Assembly (NCBI GenBank): GCA_043228905.1
Contig: JBHGNT010000011.1
Span: 12,958,001-13,022,000, forward strand
Source: Azolla caroliniana
Taxonomy: Eukaryota > Plantae > Polypodiophyta
DNA: 64,000 nucleotides
Direction of reading: 5' to 3'
Part shown: piece by piece, positions 34,167-46,177 of the stretch
Layout: every line of letters begins with the position of its first letter
Numbering within the stretch: position 1 is the stretch's first letter
Notes under the pieces: generated by a model
What the model was told of the DNA's origin: nothing
Seen by the model: only the letters and a program-made list of their open reading frames with translations
The model's database searches: none
Program-made: the position numbers and the translations under genes

Positions 34167-35776
34167 CTTCTACTCCTCTGCCGCCTGTTCACGTCGGGTT
34201 CACCAAATATGTCGCGTTGCTACGCGCGTGCGTGGAGAACGAGGCGGGACCACTGGGGTCCTGGACCGAGGACTAGGTGAGAAAAGGGAGAGAGAGAGAG
34301 ACGCTCACACACGTATAGACAAAGAAGTGCACGGGGACGCGGCCCAACAACACAGGAGACACGAGTTGAGAACACTAGCGTATATATATAAATATGTGTA
34401 TGTATTTGTATGTATGCAGACGACTCGAACGGTTACAACCGATCAGGTCAGCGAGACGGATGCCGGCGCCTGATCACCCACGCACACAGGAGAGCAAGAT
34501 GGAGATTCTGCCGGAAGCACACGGGCGTTCCACAGAGCAGGATCAACCTCTTGAGAACCTACGCAAAAGAAAGCTATGGAGAACAACGGAGAAGAAGAGC
34601 TCGGTCCCAGTCCGACAACACTTCGTCCCCCCTAGGCCCCCCCCCCCCCCCCCTTTCCCTCTCTTTTATAGCTCAAGGAGGGAGGCCGTTTCACTCGTTT
34701 ACATCACATTAATTCTCTGTCCTTTCGGACAGAGATACTCCTCGATTTCCCCTATAGAATATTGCTACCTAGGGTTTGACTTTTGTGCCTACCTATCTAC
34801 TATAACACAAGGGACGTGCCCACGTGTAAGGGCTGGTTCACACACGCTATACACGGTTTGCGCCTGGAGATGGTTTTCTTCACGACAGCGGGAAGACGAG
34901 TCCGAGAGGCAACTGGGTGGATTGACCTGGTCGAAGAGAAGACGGGCTTCGTTGAAGCCGCTTGCCAAAACTACGAAGAGAGAACAAGCGTGCAGGTAAG
35001 ACCGGAGGGGTCGGACCCTCACAACGGTATGAGACCCGGTTAGGGCAAAAGCAGAATGATGACGGTGTGACCAGCGCACCGGATAAAGCCAAGAGGGTCG
35101 GGTATTGATTGAGCACGAAGATCGAGAGGACTACGGACCTGCGAAAGGTCCTCGAGGAACATATCCTCGAACAGCAAAGTGGAGTTGTCACTGAGGGAAG
35201 TGCTCGGAATCGCCAAGGAGTTCCACGACTCCATCGTGGACTTGGTGAAGCGGAAAAGGCTTTCAACAGAGTTGGAGCCGGAGAAGCCGGTGGAGGTGCG
35301 AACGACGCACCTAGAAGACATGGCTCTAGAAGACGAGTTGGCGGAGAGCCACTATTCAAGGCCACATTGAGCCAGAGCAACCATGGAGACCCCCGTTAAG
35401 ATCGGAGATGTTTAGGAGCCGGTGGTGGCGTTGGTGGACCACGGTTCAGAAATCAACTTGATGTCCATGGACTTCTACAAGAAGGGGAAGTGGCCGATCA
35501 ACACCAAGCACGGGTGGAAAATACAAGCAACAACGCGCGCCACGGAAGAGCTGCATGGAGCCTGCCCGAATGTACGAGTGAAAATCGGTGATGTCGAGAT
35601 CGATCAACACTTGGGGAACCGTACATCACGGCGGCACGGATGGAGACAAAGGTGCTGAACAACGGTTCGGCATATGCACAAGTCAAGAGCTAGGATGGCC
35701 GTCACTCGGTCCAGTTCCTGACGGTGCGACTGAACCATGAGCGTAACCGCGAGACCCTCGGTGGTGAAAACCGAGA

Positions 35777-35842
35777 GGATTTTTAGAGAGGGCTATCAAG
35801 GCGTGGGGCCGCGATAGTCCGGACACCCCGGAAAAACCCCAC
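35777..35842 (+). promoter_or_regulatory. Putative -1 frameshift signal of G (slippery heptamer plus pseudoknot)
   Basis: GGATTTT 35777-83, TAG, stem 1 35790-97/35813-20, stem 2 35803-08/35837-42. Confidence 0.78.
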
Positions 35843-37033
35843 AGATGTACTATAGGCAAAAATACCTGTACCATAGGTAGGAAATTTTGGTTCCCCGATA
35901 GCGGAGGTTGTACGATAGCCGGCATAGTTGGCCGGGAAAAGAAGCGGGCGGAGGAGCGACTTCGGGCATGCGGAGTCCTCGACCCTGAAGAGGAAATCAA
36001 TGGAGCTGTGGAGGCGGTCTCTTTCGATGACACCTTGGGGAAATTACGGGAGGTGTTCAGAGAAGGCCTTAATGAGGACCGAACAATTCCGGTGTGTTCA
36101 GAAAGGATGTACGAAGTCATCGCCGACTTCGGTAATGGACTCGAGTCGGATCAGATGGCCCGAGTGGATACGAAGTACAAGACTGTGGACCGGAATGTGA
36201 GGCCGGTCGTGGCACCCTTGGCGGAGGGCAGCGAGTTACGGATAACGGGGGTCGCGTCGGACCCAAGTTTACGAGATCCGGCCAGCATAGGACAAATGTT
36301 CACCGACATAACATTGCGGAAGCTCAAGATTGGTGAGGGTGGCTTTCTACTGCCGGCGGAAGAGGACCGGTTTCGGAGAATACTCGGGAGGCACGGGAAG
36401 GCTTTCACATTCACGGTACCGCATGTGTCGTGGAATCTCAAACCGATTCCGGTACCCAGAGCTCACATCCCGAAGCTGATGGAGCTACTGAAACAGAAGG
36501 TGGAGATGGGCATCCTCGAACCGTCAAGTGCCCCATACTCGAATCAGTGGTTTACCGTGCCCAAGAAGAACGGCACGTTGCGCTTTATTCAAGACATGCA
36601 GCCAGTCAACAAGGTGACCATTTGGAACGCAGGAATCGGACCGACCATAGACGAGTTCGCGGAGGCCTTCGCCGGAAGGTCGATTTACTTAGTCGGTGAT
36701 CTGTACTCGGGGTACGATCAGTTCCAACTAGCCGTGGAGAGCAGGGACATTACGATGATGCAGACCCATGTCGGCCTAGTGCGGATGTGTACCCTCCCGC
36801 AAGGAGGGACAAACTCAGTGGCCCACATGGTGAACGCAATGAACAAAGTGCTGAGGGATTGTATCTCGGGCATCACCATGCCATTCTTAGACGACATCCC
36901 GATCAAAGGATGCCCGACGGGGAAGAGGATCAAAGCATTCAAAAAGCGGCACGAGGCTGAACCGGGCCCGGACGACCTAGATAGCGACACTAACCGCCTC
37001 GGAAAGGATGTCAATCCGGAAGACGAAGGATAA
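35777..37033 (+). pseudogene. pol: Gypsy G pol: RT N-half fused to the last integrase residues
   Basis: ...PFLDDIPIKGCP|TGKRIKAFKKR. Confidence 0.88.
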
Positions 37034-37903
37034 GTGCGGGCTGGTCTTCTCCGGCAAGAGGTTAATTTTGGCGCATATCGGTGGATGCGCGGTTAGGCGG
37101 GGGCGGATGTCGTGAAGAAAACCATGCCTAGGCGGAAACCGGGTATAACGTGCATAAACCGGCCCTTACACGTGGGCACAAGTTTTGTTGTATAGTATGT
37201 AGATAAGTACAAGTCGGCTGAGGTGAAATCCTAGGTAGCATGCATTCATTAGGGAGAAAATCGAGGCGTATCCCTATCCGAAAGGACAGGGAATAAACAT
37301 GATGTAACGGGTGGTAATGGCCTCCCTCCTTGGGCTATAAAGAGAGGGAGAGGTATTGTAAAAAGGGGAATCGCGTTTTGTGGAGGACGAAGTGCTGCCG
37401 GACTGGAACCGAGTTCTTTTCGTTTGTCTTCTCCATAGTAGTTCTGTGCAGGTTTTCGGGAGGCAGACTTTTCTCCGCGGAACGCCCGAGTGCTTCCGTC
37501 AGAGTCTCCATATCGCGTTCTGTGCGTGTGTGCGTGTGTGTGTGCGTGCAGGTGTCGAAGCCTATCACTCGCCGGCTTGCCGGTTGTAACTCCTCGATTT
37601 ATATATATACATATACATTCGTTCAGTCTCCATCGTTCGGAGTTAGTTGCAACTCCTGTGAATCTGTGTTTCTATGCGCGTGTGGAGTACATCGGTAGTT
37701 TCCTTCCCCTCTTCTTATTCGGTTATTTCTCGGTCCAAGGCCGTCGTGGTCCCACCTCCTTCTCCGCGCACGCGCGTAACAACGCGACACCGGTTTCCAA
37801 ATCTCTTCTGATATTCACTGGGTCTATCCGATCTGGTTTCCGGATCTCCTCATTCATAACCGGATCCCATCCGGAGGGACCTATTTCCCAACAATCTCCC
37901 CCT

Positions 37904-40815
37904 TCATTCTGGCATGGGATGACTCGTTAGCCCGATCTGCTTTCGGCACACGTCTAGCTTGTCGGTCATCAACACATTGGTCAACATATTCGACCCGTTC
38001 TCCTCCGTGTGGATCTTCGTCAGCACGAACTATTAATCTTCTAGTTCTCCTAGATCCAGTGGTACCTCCGCTGGATATGTTTCGTTCGAGAATGGTAGGC
38101 CATGTTCTTTGCAAGGTGGATGGCACTTTGACTTTCGCAGTAGAGCCGATATTCCTCCTGTTGGATCCCTAGCTCTCCAATGAAGTCCTTAATCCAGATT
38201 ATCTCCTTGCTGGCTTTCACAACTGCCATGTACTCCGCCTCCGTGGTTGACAACGCAATCGTCTTCTACAACCTCGATTGCCACGAGACAACTCCCCCTG
38301 CATAAGTCATATGACATATCCGGATGTCGACCGGTTGGTATCCGGATCCGCTGACTTATCCAAATCCGTGAATCCGTCAAGTTGGGGATTACTGGAGCCG
38401 AACCAGAGGCACATACTCGCGGTGCCTTTCAGATACCGGAGTATCCACTTGACTGCGTTCCAATGCTCTTTGTCATATCCGACTTCTCTGCCTTTGTCTT
38501 CGGGCTCTGCTTTCCACACAACTTGCAATTTTCCGGAAGTGTCGATCCGACCGGTTTCGCCTCCAACATGTTGAACCTTTGGAGTACCTTTGTCACGTAC
38601 TTTTCCTGTGACAACCACAACCGCTTCTTCGACCGGTCCCGGATGATGAGCATTCCCAATATCTGTCTTGTCGGCCCCAAGTCTTTCATTGAGAAGGTCC
38701 GGTTTAGTGTCTTCTTCAGCATCCAAATCTTGTCTTGGTCTCGTCCGACGATCAGCATATCATCCACATATAGGAGGAGTATTAGGAAATCTCCTCCGTC
38801 AAATTTCACACAAACATGCAGTGATCGGCTTGCGTTTTGCGGGACCCTTGGTCGGTCATGAAGGAGTCGAACTTTCGATACCATTGTCGGGGAGCTTGCT
38901 TCAATTCGTATAAGCTCTTCTTTATCCGGCACACCAAGTGCTCCTTCCCTTTCTTCTCAAATCCTTCCGGTTGATGCATGTAGATCTCTTCTTCGAGGTC
39001 ACCATGTAGGAATGTCGTCTTGACGTCCAGTTGCTCTACCTCGAGGTCCATGCTTGCCTCTATGCTCAATAGCGTCCGGATGGATGTCATCTTAACTATC
39101 GGGGCAAAGATCTCATTGAAGTCCACTCCTTTCTTCTACTAGAAACCCTTCACTACAATTCGGGCTTTGTATCTCGGAGGGTTTTCGGCATCTCCCTGTT
39201 TCAGCTTGTACACCCACTTGTTCCGAAGTGCTCTCTTCCCTTTCGGCAACTCCGTCAGTTCATATGTCTAGTTCTCATGGAGGGAATCCATCTCATCATG
39301 CATGGCACTCAACCACTTGCGCCTATGGGTGTCTCTCTTTGCTTCTTCGAAGCTTTTCGGCTCCCCCTCATCGGTTAGCAACACATGCTCTACATTCGGA
39401 AATCTCCGGGGGCTCTTCTCTCTCAGAGAGGATATCTCCATCCTAGGTTTTTGACTACCGGTTCCTCCGTTTGTTCATCATTCGAATCTGATTCTGGATC
39501 TTGTCCGGTTCTGGTGTCTCCTCCTCCTTCTTCTTCTTCGGTCGGTCCAGTTTCTTGTCCGTATCCGGCTGGTTCGTTGAGTGTCATCCGGTTACCGACT
39601 AACACCCGGTTTTCAGCCGGGTATATCCTTGTGCCTCAAGCTAGTTTTCATTGGATGATCTGGATTTCATCAGCTTCTTCTCCGACTCCCAGTTGGCAAT
39701 GGTCTTGTCTTCCATGAAGACTATGTCCTGACTCCGGAACACCTTCTTGTCAACCAGATCCCACACCCGGTAACCGAACTCATCATCGTCGTATCCAAGG
39801 AATATGCATGGCCTGGAGTTCGGATCCAGCTTTGCTCCCCCTATCCTTTGTAACATGCACATAAGCGAGACACCCGAACACCTTCAAATTCCGGTAAGAC
39901 ACGTCCTTACCGGTCCATACTCTTTCCGTTGTGTCTCCGTCCAAGGGTACTGAGGGTGATCTATTTATCACATAGGTCGCCATCGTCAGTGCCTCAACCC
40001 AAAACATCTTGGGTAACTTGGCATGTGCGAGCATGCTCTGGACTCTCTCCATTATGGTCCAGTTCATACTTTCGGCCAACCCATTTAGTTCCGGCGTCTT
40101 CGGCACGATGAATTCAAGCCGGATTCCCTTCGACCGATAGTACTCCTATAACTGCCCCCGATATTCTCCTATGTTATTTGCTCAAACCGCCTTCAGCTTC
40201 CGGTCAGATTCTCTTTCCACTCTCGCGTGGAGCTCCTTGAAGATGGATAGCAACTGATCCTTCGTCTTCGATGGTGAGACCCACATCTTCCGGCTGTGGT
40301 CATCTATGAACGTCACAAAGTATTGTGATCCGGCATGTGGTGCATTCCGTCTCATTGTTGTCCTGACTGGAAGGAGGTTCGGTTTTGCTTGCCGGCCAAG
40401 CAATTGGTGCACTTCTCAAGTTGCATGTCCTTCACCGGAATGAGATTGTCTTCGGCAAGTCTCTTCATCCCCTTCTAACTGATGTGACACAATCTCTTGT
40501 GCCACAGCTCACCGGCAATGTCGGATGCAACGTTCACTTCTTCCCCGCATATCCGGGCGTGCATCAAGTAGAATGTGTTGACCTGCCGGGCTTGAGCCAC
40601 TATTAGGCTCCCTTTGCTGAACTTCATAACTCCGTTCTTCATGACACCATTCCGGATGCTACCCGTGTAGTCTTCATCATCCAACTGACCGACTGATATC
40701 AGGTTCAATCGAACCTCCGGAACGTGTCAGACATCCTTCAACAGCAACTTGCATCCGGTTGATGTCGTCAACAACACATCTCCTATGACGACAATTCAGC
40801 ATGTACCTTCCTTTA
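37904..40815 (-). pseudogene. pol: Copia I pol, heavily decayed
   Basis: LWHKRLCH, YFVTFIDD, LLYVDDML, many stops. Confidence 0.88.
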
Positions 40816-41640
40816 TGACGGGAACCCAACGTTCCTTATGCGCAACACTCGGCCACAACCGAGCTTAGAATGATACACAGAAAACGGGAAATAAAACACG
40901 ACACAAAGGAGAGGAAGATACACACACACTACACAGGAGGTTTACGTGGAAAACCCCAAACTAGGGGAAAAACCACGGCAGTCCACAGGCTGCAAACTGT
41001 CACTATGTAAGAATGTACAAAACAATGAGTCCACAGAGGCAACGACCTCGTGCTCACGATCTTCGCCACAGGCGGCGGTTACAACAGAGGCAACGACCTC
41101 AATCTCTCTCTCTCTCTCTCTGTACAGTTACGCACTCTGATTTCGTGCAAAACATAAAATGACAACACACGCTAAAAGTTTGCCCTAAGTCATATTTATA
41201 CTAATATGACTTTTCGGCTATTTACAAATATAGCCTCGATGGGCTCTCAGGAACATATTTACGAATATGTCTCTTCCTCCGGTTCTCACCGGTTCTACAC
41301 CATCCGGCTCTCCGTAGCCGGGTACTCCTCATCCGGTTCACACTGGGCCTGTACCATCCGGCTCTCCGTAGCCGGGTACTCCTCATCCGGTTCACAGCGG
41401 GCCTGCACCATCCGGCTCTCTGTAGCTGGGTACTACTCATCCGGTTCACACCGGGCCTGTATCATCCGGCTCTCCGTAGCCGGGTACTCCTCATCCGGTT
41501 CACACCGGGCCTGTATCATCCGGCTCTCCGTAGCCGGGTACTCCTCATACCGTTTCGGCCTCGGCCTATCAGCCTTGGCCGAGTTTGTTCATCGGCACTG
41601 TTCTTCTCCCTTCCCATCCGGAGGGACCTGTCTCCCAACA
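40816..41640 (-). mobile_element. Solo LTR M (B family), TSD CTTTA/CTTCA
   Basis: TGACGGG...CCCAACA; protease of I resumes at 41641. Confidence 0.88.
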
Positions 41641-43666
41641 CTTCACTATCCAGACACAACCATGATCACCGGTTGTGTAGGAGAAGAAGCATTTCCGATC
41701 CGGTGTCAAGTGGAACGACGCTCCGGAATCGACAACCCACGTTGTCTTGTCGCCGACAAGGTTTAACTCATTCTCCTTGGTAATGAGCATAAGTTCCTCT
41801 TCACTTGTCACAATTGCCGACGTTCCTTTCCGATCCGGGCCTCTCCGGTCCGAACCGTTTCGGTCCGCACTCTTCTTCGAATCGGTAGTGCAGGTTTCTT
41901 TCTCTTTCCAGAAATGCCGACAGTTCTTCTGGAAGTGCCCCGACTTCCCACAATAGAAGCAGGTAGGCCTCCCCCTTGACTTCGACCTCATCCCTGATTT
42001 GTCCAGTTTTGGGGACTTTGATACCGGCCTCTTCCCCGGTTGTGGTCATCTTTCGTGACCACGGCCTTCGGATCGGTTCTAGACTCTTGGTCCTTCCAAC
42101 GAGCTTCTTAATCTAGCAAGCTTGATTTTACCCTTGCTAGGGACAACTGTTTTCCTTCCGGCCCAACGTTGCCCAACGTGACAACTAGCGTCTCCCAGCT
42201 ATCCGGGAGGGAACCGAGCAGGAGTAATGCGAGTACCTCATCGGTGAGAGGTAGTTCCAACGAGGTGGCTTGATGTATCAGCCCATGGAAAGCATTCATG
42301 TGATCTGCCATACTAGAGTCGTCTTGGTACCGGAGCCTCACTAACTTCCGGTGTCGTGAAGAAAATCGGCCATAGGCGGAATTGGACGAAAAGGCGCATG
42401 AACCGGCTCTTACACAGATGGACGCGTGAATTGATATTTTGATAAGGATTCATAAATGGATCGGTTGATGTAAATACTAAGTAGTACACAGTTATTAGGG
42501 GGATTGTGCGTATCTCTCTCAGAAGGGACAGGGAATAAAGTGATTTGACTAGGGAAAAAGGGGCACCCCCTTTTGGGAACTATTTACGGAAAGGAGAGAA
42601 GGAAGAGAGGAGATCGCGTGTTGGGGAGGAGGAAGTGCTGCTGCAGAACTGAGTGCCGAGCTCTCTCTTCTCCTCCGATCGTCGGTCTCTGTGGGGTCGG
42701 GAGTTCACTACCTCTGATTCGTGGACAGCCCGTGCGCTTCCAGTAGAGGCTCTCCCCTTTTCGTTTCTTTGAGTCGGGTGGATTCCGTCTGTGTGCGTGA
42801 GTAGGGTCCCCCCGTGTCCGGCCCATCGCCGGCTTGCCAGTTGTAACCGTCGGAGTTTGTAATCTCTTGTTATTGTAATTAAGTGTTCCGTTCTTTATCT
42901 CTCCTTCTCGCTTCTACATGTCTGCGAAACTCTCACTCACTCTCTCTCTCTCTCGCTCCTCGGTTCAAGGCCCCCGTAGTCCTGCCCTTCTACACGCACG
43001 TGCGTAACAACGCGACATATTTTGTGAACCCGATGTGAAAGGGTGGCAAAGGAGTCGAAAGATGAGGGGATCGGAGCCAGCAGAGGCAATGGCCGTAGCC
43101 GTCGACCGGCTGGTAAGCGCGCTCGTGAGGGGACGGTGTCGTGAAGAATGTGCTTCACGATATAAAAATGAGCTTAAATGTTGTATTTAATAATATTTGA
43201 AAGACTTGAACCCACATCCTTATATACGATGTACAATGTACATACCACTAGGCTAGGCTATTTATTTGTAAAAGTGTGTAATAAATGTGCTTCATGATAT
43301 AAGAATGAAGCTATATATTGTATTAAGTAAAATTGAGGGACTTGAAGCCTCAACCTTGTATACCAAGCACCAAGCCATGCATTTTCATCATTATACTTAT
43401 CCCATATCTATTTTCATACATAGCCATCATTCATCACATGCAATGCATGTGCGCCAAATGGCGATCATACATTACATGTAACTCATGCATTGCATGCATG
43501 CCATACTCCCATACATTACCATATGCATGGCAACACTTATATAAAGAGGGGCAAGGAAAACAAGAAAGGAATCAAGAGAGAGTGGGAAAATAAGACAATC
43601 AAGTAGAGAAGACTAGCTCATTGGGTGGAGAACCTCTCGTTTCGAAGTTGAGGTCGTGGGTTCAAA

Positions 43667-46129
43667 GCCGTCGACAATATTCTCACACGAGTAGGAATCT
43701 TCGAAGGTATAAATTTAACAAGATTTCTGAAGATTTATAATGAAGAAATGCTTAAACGCGGTGTCGACGAAGCTGCAAAAATTAATAGCTTTAGTTGAGT
43801 CGTTGCGATTGGGCTACAAGAAAGGATTCAGGAGCTACAGAGGGAACATCAAACATGGGTGACTTTCAAAAGAGCATTGCTAAATGAATACAACCTCAAC
43901 GATATGTCAAGGATGACAAGGCGAGCCTTCATGGATTGGGTAGATTCTAATAAACATTTAAGTGTTTTGGAAGTATTAAAAGAGTTTACTGAAAGATTTG
44001 AGCAACTAAATGTTAGAGATAGAAATATAATAGTGCCAGATAAAGTCATATTGTTTCTACAAGCTACTAATATTAAAGACAAGAAGGACTTGGGAATGCT
44101 TTTAGAAGATCATAATAGTCCAAGTGGACTTACTGAAGACTGGGAGGAGGTGAAAAGGGCGTGTGCCCATTTCTGCAAAAGAAAGTTATGGTTTATGGAG
44201 TTGCCCGACAGAAATGATGAAGAAACAGGGAACGAGTCGAGAGAAAAGAAAGTAGAAGAATCACTCCTACAAGAATTGGTGAAAGGCATGAAAGACTTGT
44301 CGATCAAAGTGATGAAGTTATAATCAGGACAAAGCTCGACTTCATCAAGGCAGGGAGCTGGAATGGTCCGAAGGTGTATGTGGTGTGATAGTATCGACCA
44401 CCAGAAGAAAGATTGTCAAGAGCATAGGGATGCTCTTAATCATAATAAAATCCACTATCAAGAGGGCAAGATTCACTCGACAGAGACTCGACAACCACTT
44501 CAACTCAACTTCGGGTGAGGAGGAATGAAAAAGCTAATGGAAGATGCCGAGAGAGAAATGACTCAAGCGATACAATCCGTGGCAACCTTAGGGTTGCGCG
44601 TAGAAGACTCATATGGTGGATCTGGCTTTTGGCAAGATGTGATGGATTATGCAAGAAAAGGGAAGGTTCAAGTGAATGAATTAAAAAGAGCGGGAGATGA
44701 AATACGAAACTTCACTGGATGGAATGATCCAATAGATGCGCTATAAGCATTCGCCCAAGTGAATGCACAAGATGTGCTAGTGGAAGAGAAGCGGAAGAGA
44801 GTTGAGGAAGCTGATCCGACAAAGAGACATGAGACACGAGAACAGAAGAGAAGGGAGATGGAAAAGGGTGCTACTGAGCCGAAGGAAGTTGATAAAGTAA
44901 AAGGAAAGACAGGCTCATCTTTCAAGCTTGCCTCAGATATAGAAACAATGACGGATATAAAAAAGGTACTAGAAACAAGAATACTAAATAGTAAGGTAGA
45001 ATTTACTTTAAGAGAAGTGTTGGGTATAGCAAAGAAAGAATTTCGTGAAGTTATCATAGATATTATTAGAAGGAAGAGACAGGTGACGGAGGAAATTACG
45101 GGAGGGTGTGCAACAACACTCCAAGATTTGTATGGTGGCACCATTAATGCTGCAAGTGTAAAAAACCAGAATGATGTTGGCATCCATGAAGGGGATAGGA
45201 GTCACTATACAAGGGACCTTTGGGCTCGAGCAACAACGGAGGCACCTGCAAAAATTGGGGAGCAGCAAATTCCATGTATTGCTTTGATCGATCATGGATC
45301 CGAGATTAACATGATGTCATCAGAATTTTACGCTTGAGGACGGTGGCCGATTGACAAGAATCATGGGTGGAAAATAAGAGCTGCCACAGAGACTACGGAG
45401 GATCCATTTGGAGCATGTCCTAGTGTGCAGGTAACAATTGGTGATGTGTCGGTGAATCAAAATTTCTTTGTGCAGGATCGATCAACCTACCCCATCATCC
45501 TTGGTCAGCCCTACATCACGATCCGGATCGGAGGTAACTAGACCCCTATGCATCTGGACATGATGGTGGTGACATGGAGGAGAGGGATCCGTTTTCGGTT
45601 CGGTGCCGGCTGAATGGCGGCCAGGCCTGATAGTCTTTATCTATCCCAAAGTTCACCACCTCACGGCCTTCATGATGAACCGGTTCAGCGGAAATGGTCG
45701 AGATGTCTCACTAGCTTACGGACGTGATAAATCTCAATGTCCAGTCCCAGCACGGCACTGGCTAGGTTGGTCCAGAGTTGCTTGAGGAAGCGAATCCAGT
45801 CAGGGTTGAGAGACTTGAATTCACTGGTGATCTGAACTTTTACATTCACACTCTTCCCCAATCTCAGCTGAAGGCATCAACGAGATCTTTCTGTCTCTTT
45901 TATCCACATACTCTAGGTTTCTACTGAACCTCTGAATTATTTCCTGACCGCAGTGAGGATGGAAACAAAGGTTATTGATGATGGTTCGGCTTTCGCGAGA
46001 ATCAAGAGTCAAGATGGAAGAAAGACTGTCCAATTCTTAATTGTGAGGCCCAACCATGAAAGAAACAAAGAATGCTTGAGGGAACATCCAATTCAAGAGA
46101 TGGATGAAGAGTTTTCCCAGGATTTTTAG
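43667..46129 (+). pseudogene. gag: Gypsy K gag-protease (5'-truncated, stops, 429-bp insert)
   Basis: CMWCDSIDHQKKDC, ALIDHGSEIN, ILGQPYIT|AVRMETKV, ends QDF*. Confidence 0.88.
45521..45949. other. 429-bp foreign insertion in K protease, origin unknown
   Basis: Splits the conserved PYIT|A.RMETKV; no LTR, TIR, TSD or polyA seen. Confidence 0.8.
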
Positions 46130-46177
46130 ATAGGGCTTTTACAGGTAGGGGTTGTGATAACATAAAAGAAAACCCCA
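46120..46177 (+). promoter_or_regulatory. Putative -1 frameshift signal of K
   Basis: G GAT TTT TAG; -1 frame open for 69 codons into ORF 46327; GGGGTT/AACCCC pairing. Confidence 0.75.

Larger units (their letters stand above)
29636..34887 (-). mobile_element. Ty3/gypsy element H nested in G, 4-bp TSD GCGG, integrase deleted
   Basis: GCGG at 29632-29635 and 34888-34891; 5' LTR 34210-34887; truncated 3' LTR 29636-30208; PBS 34188-34205. Confidence 0.92.
28450..35786 (+). pseudogene. gag: Gypsy G gag-protease, interrupted by H
   Basis: CLWCDAVGHTRKDC, ALVDHGSEIN, ends EDF*; stops and frameshifts. Confidence 0.88.
27735..37789 (+). mobile_element. Ty3/gypsy element G (internally deleted; contains H)
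   Basis: LTRs 27735-28405 and 37108-37789; PBS 28410-28427; gag from 28450; RT joined to the integrase tail. Confidence 0.92.
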
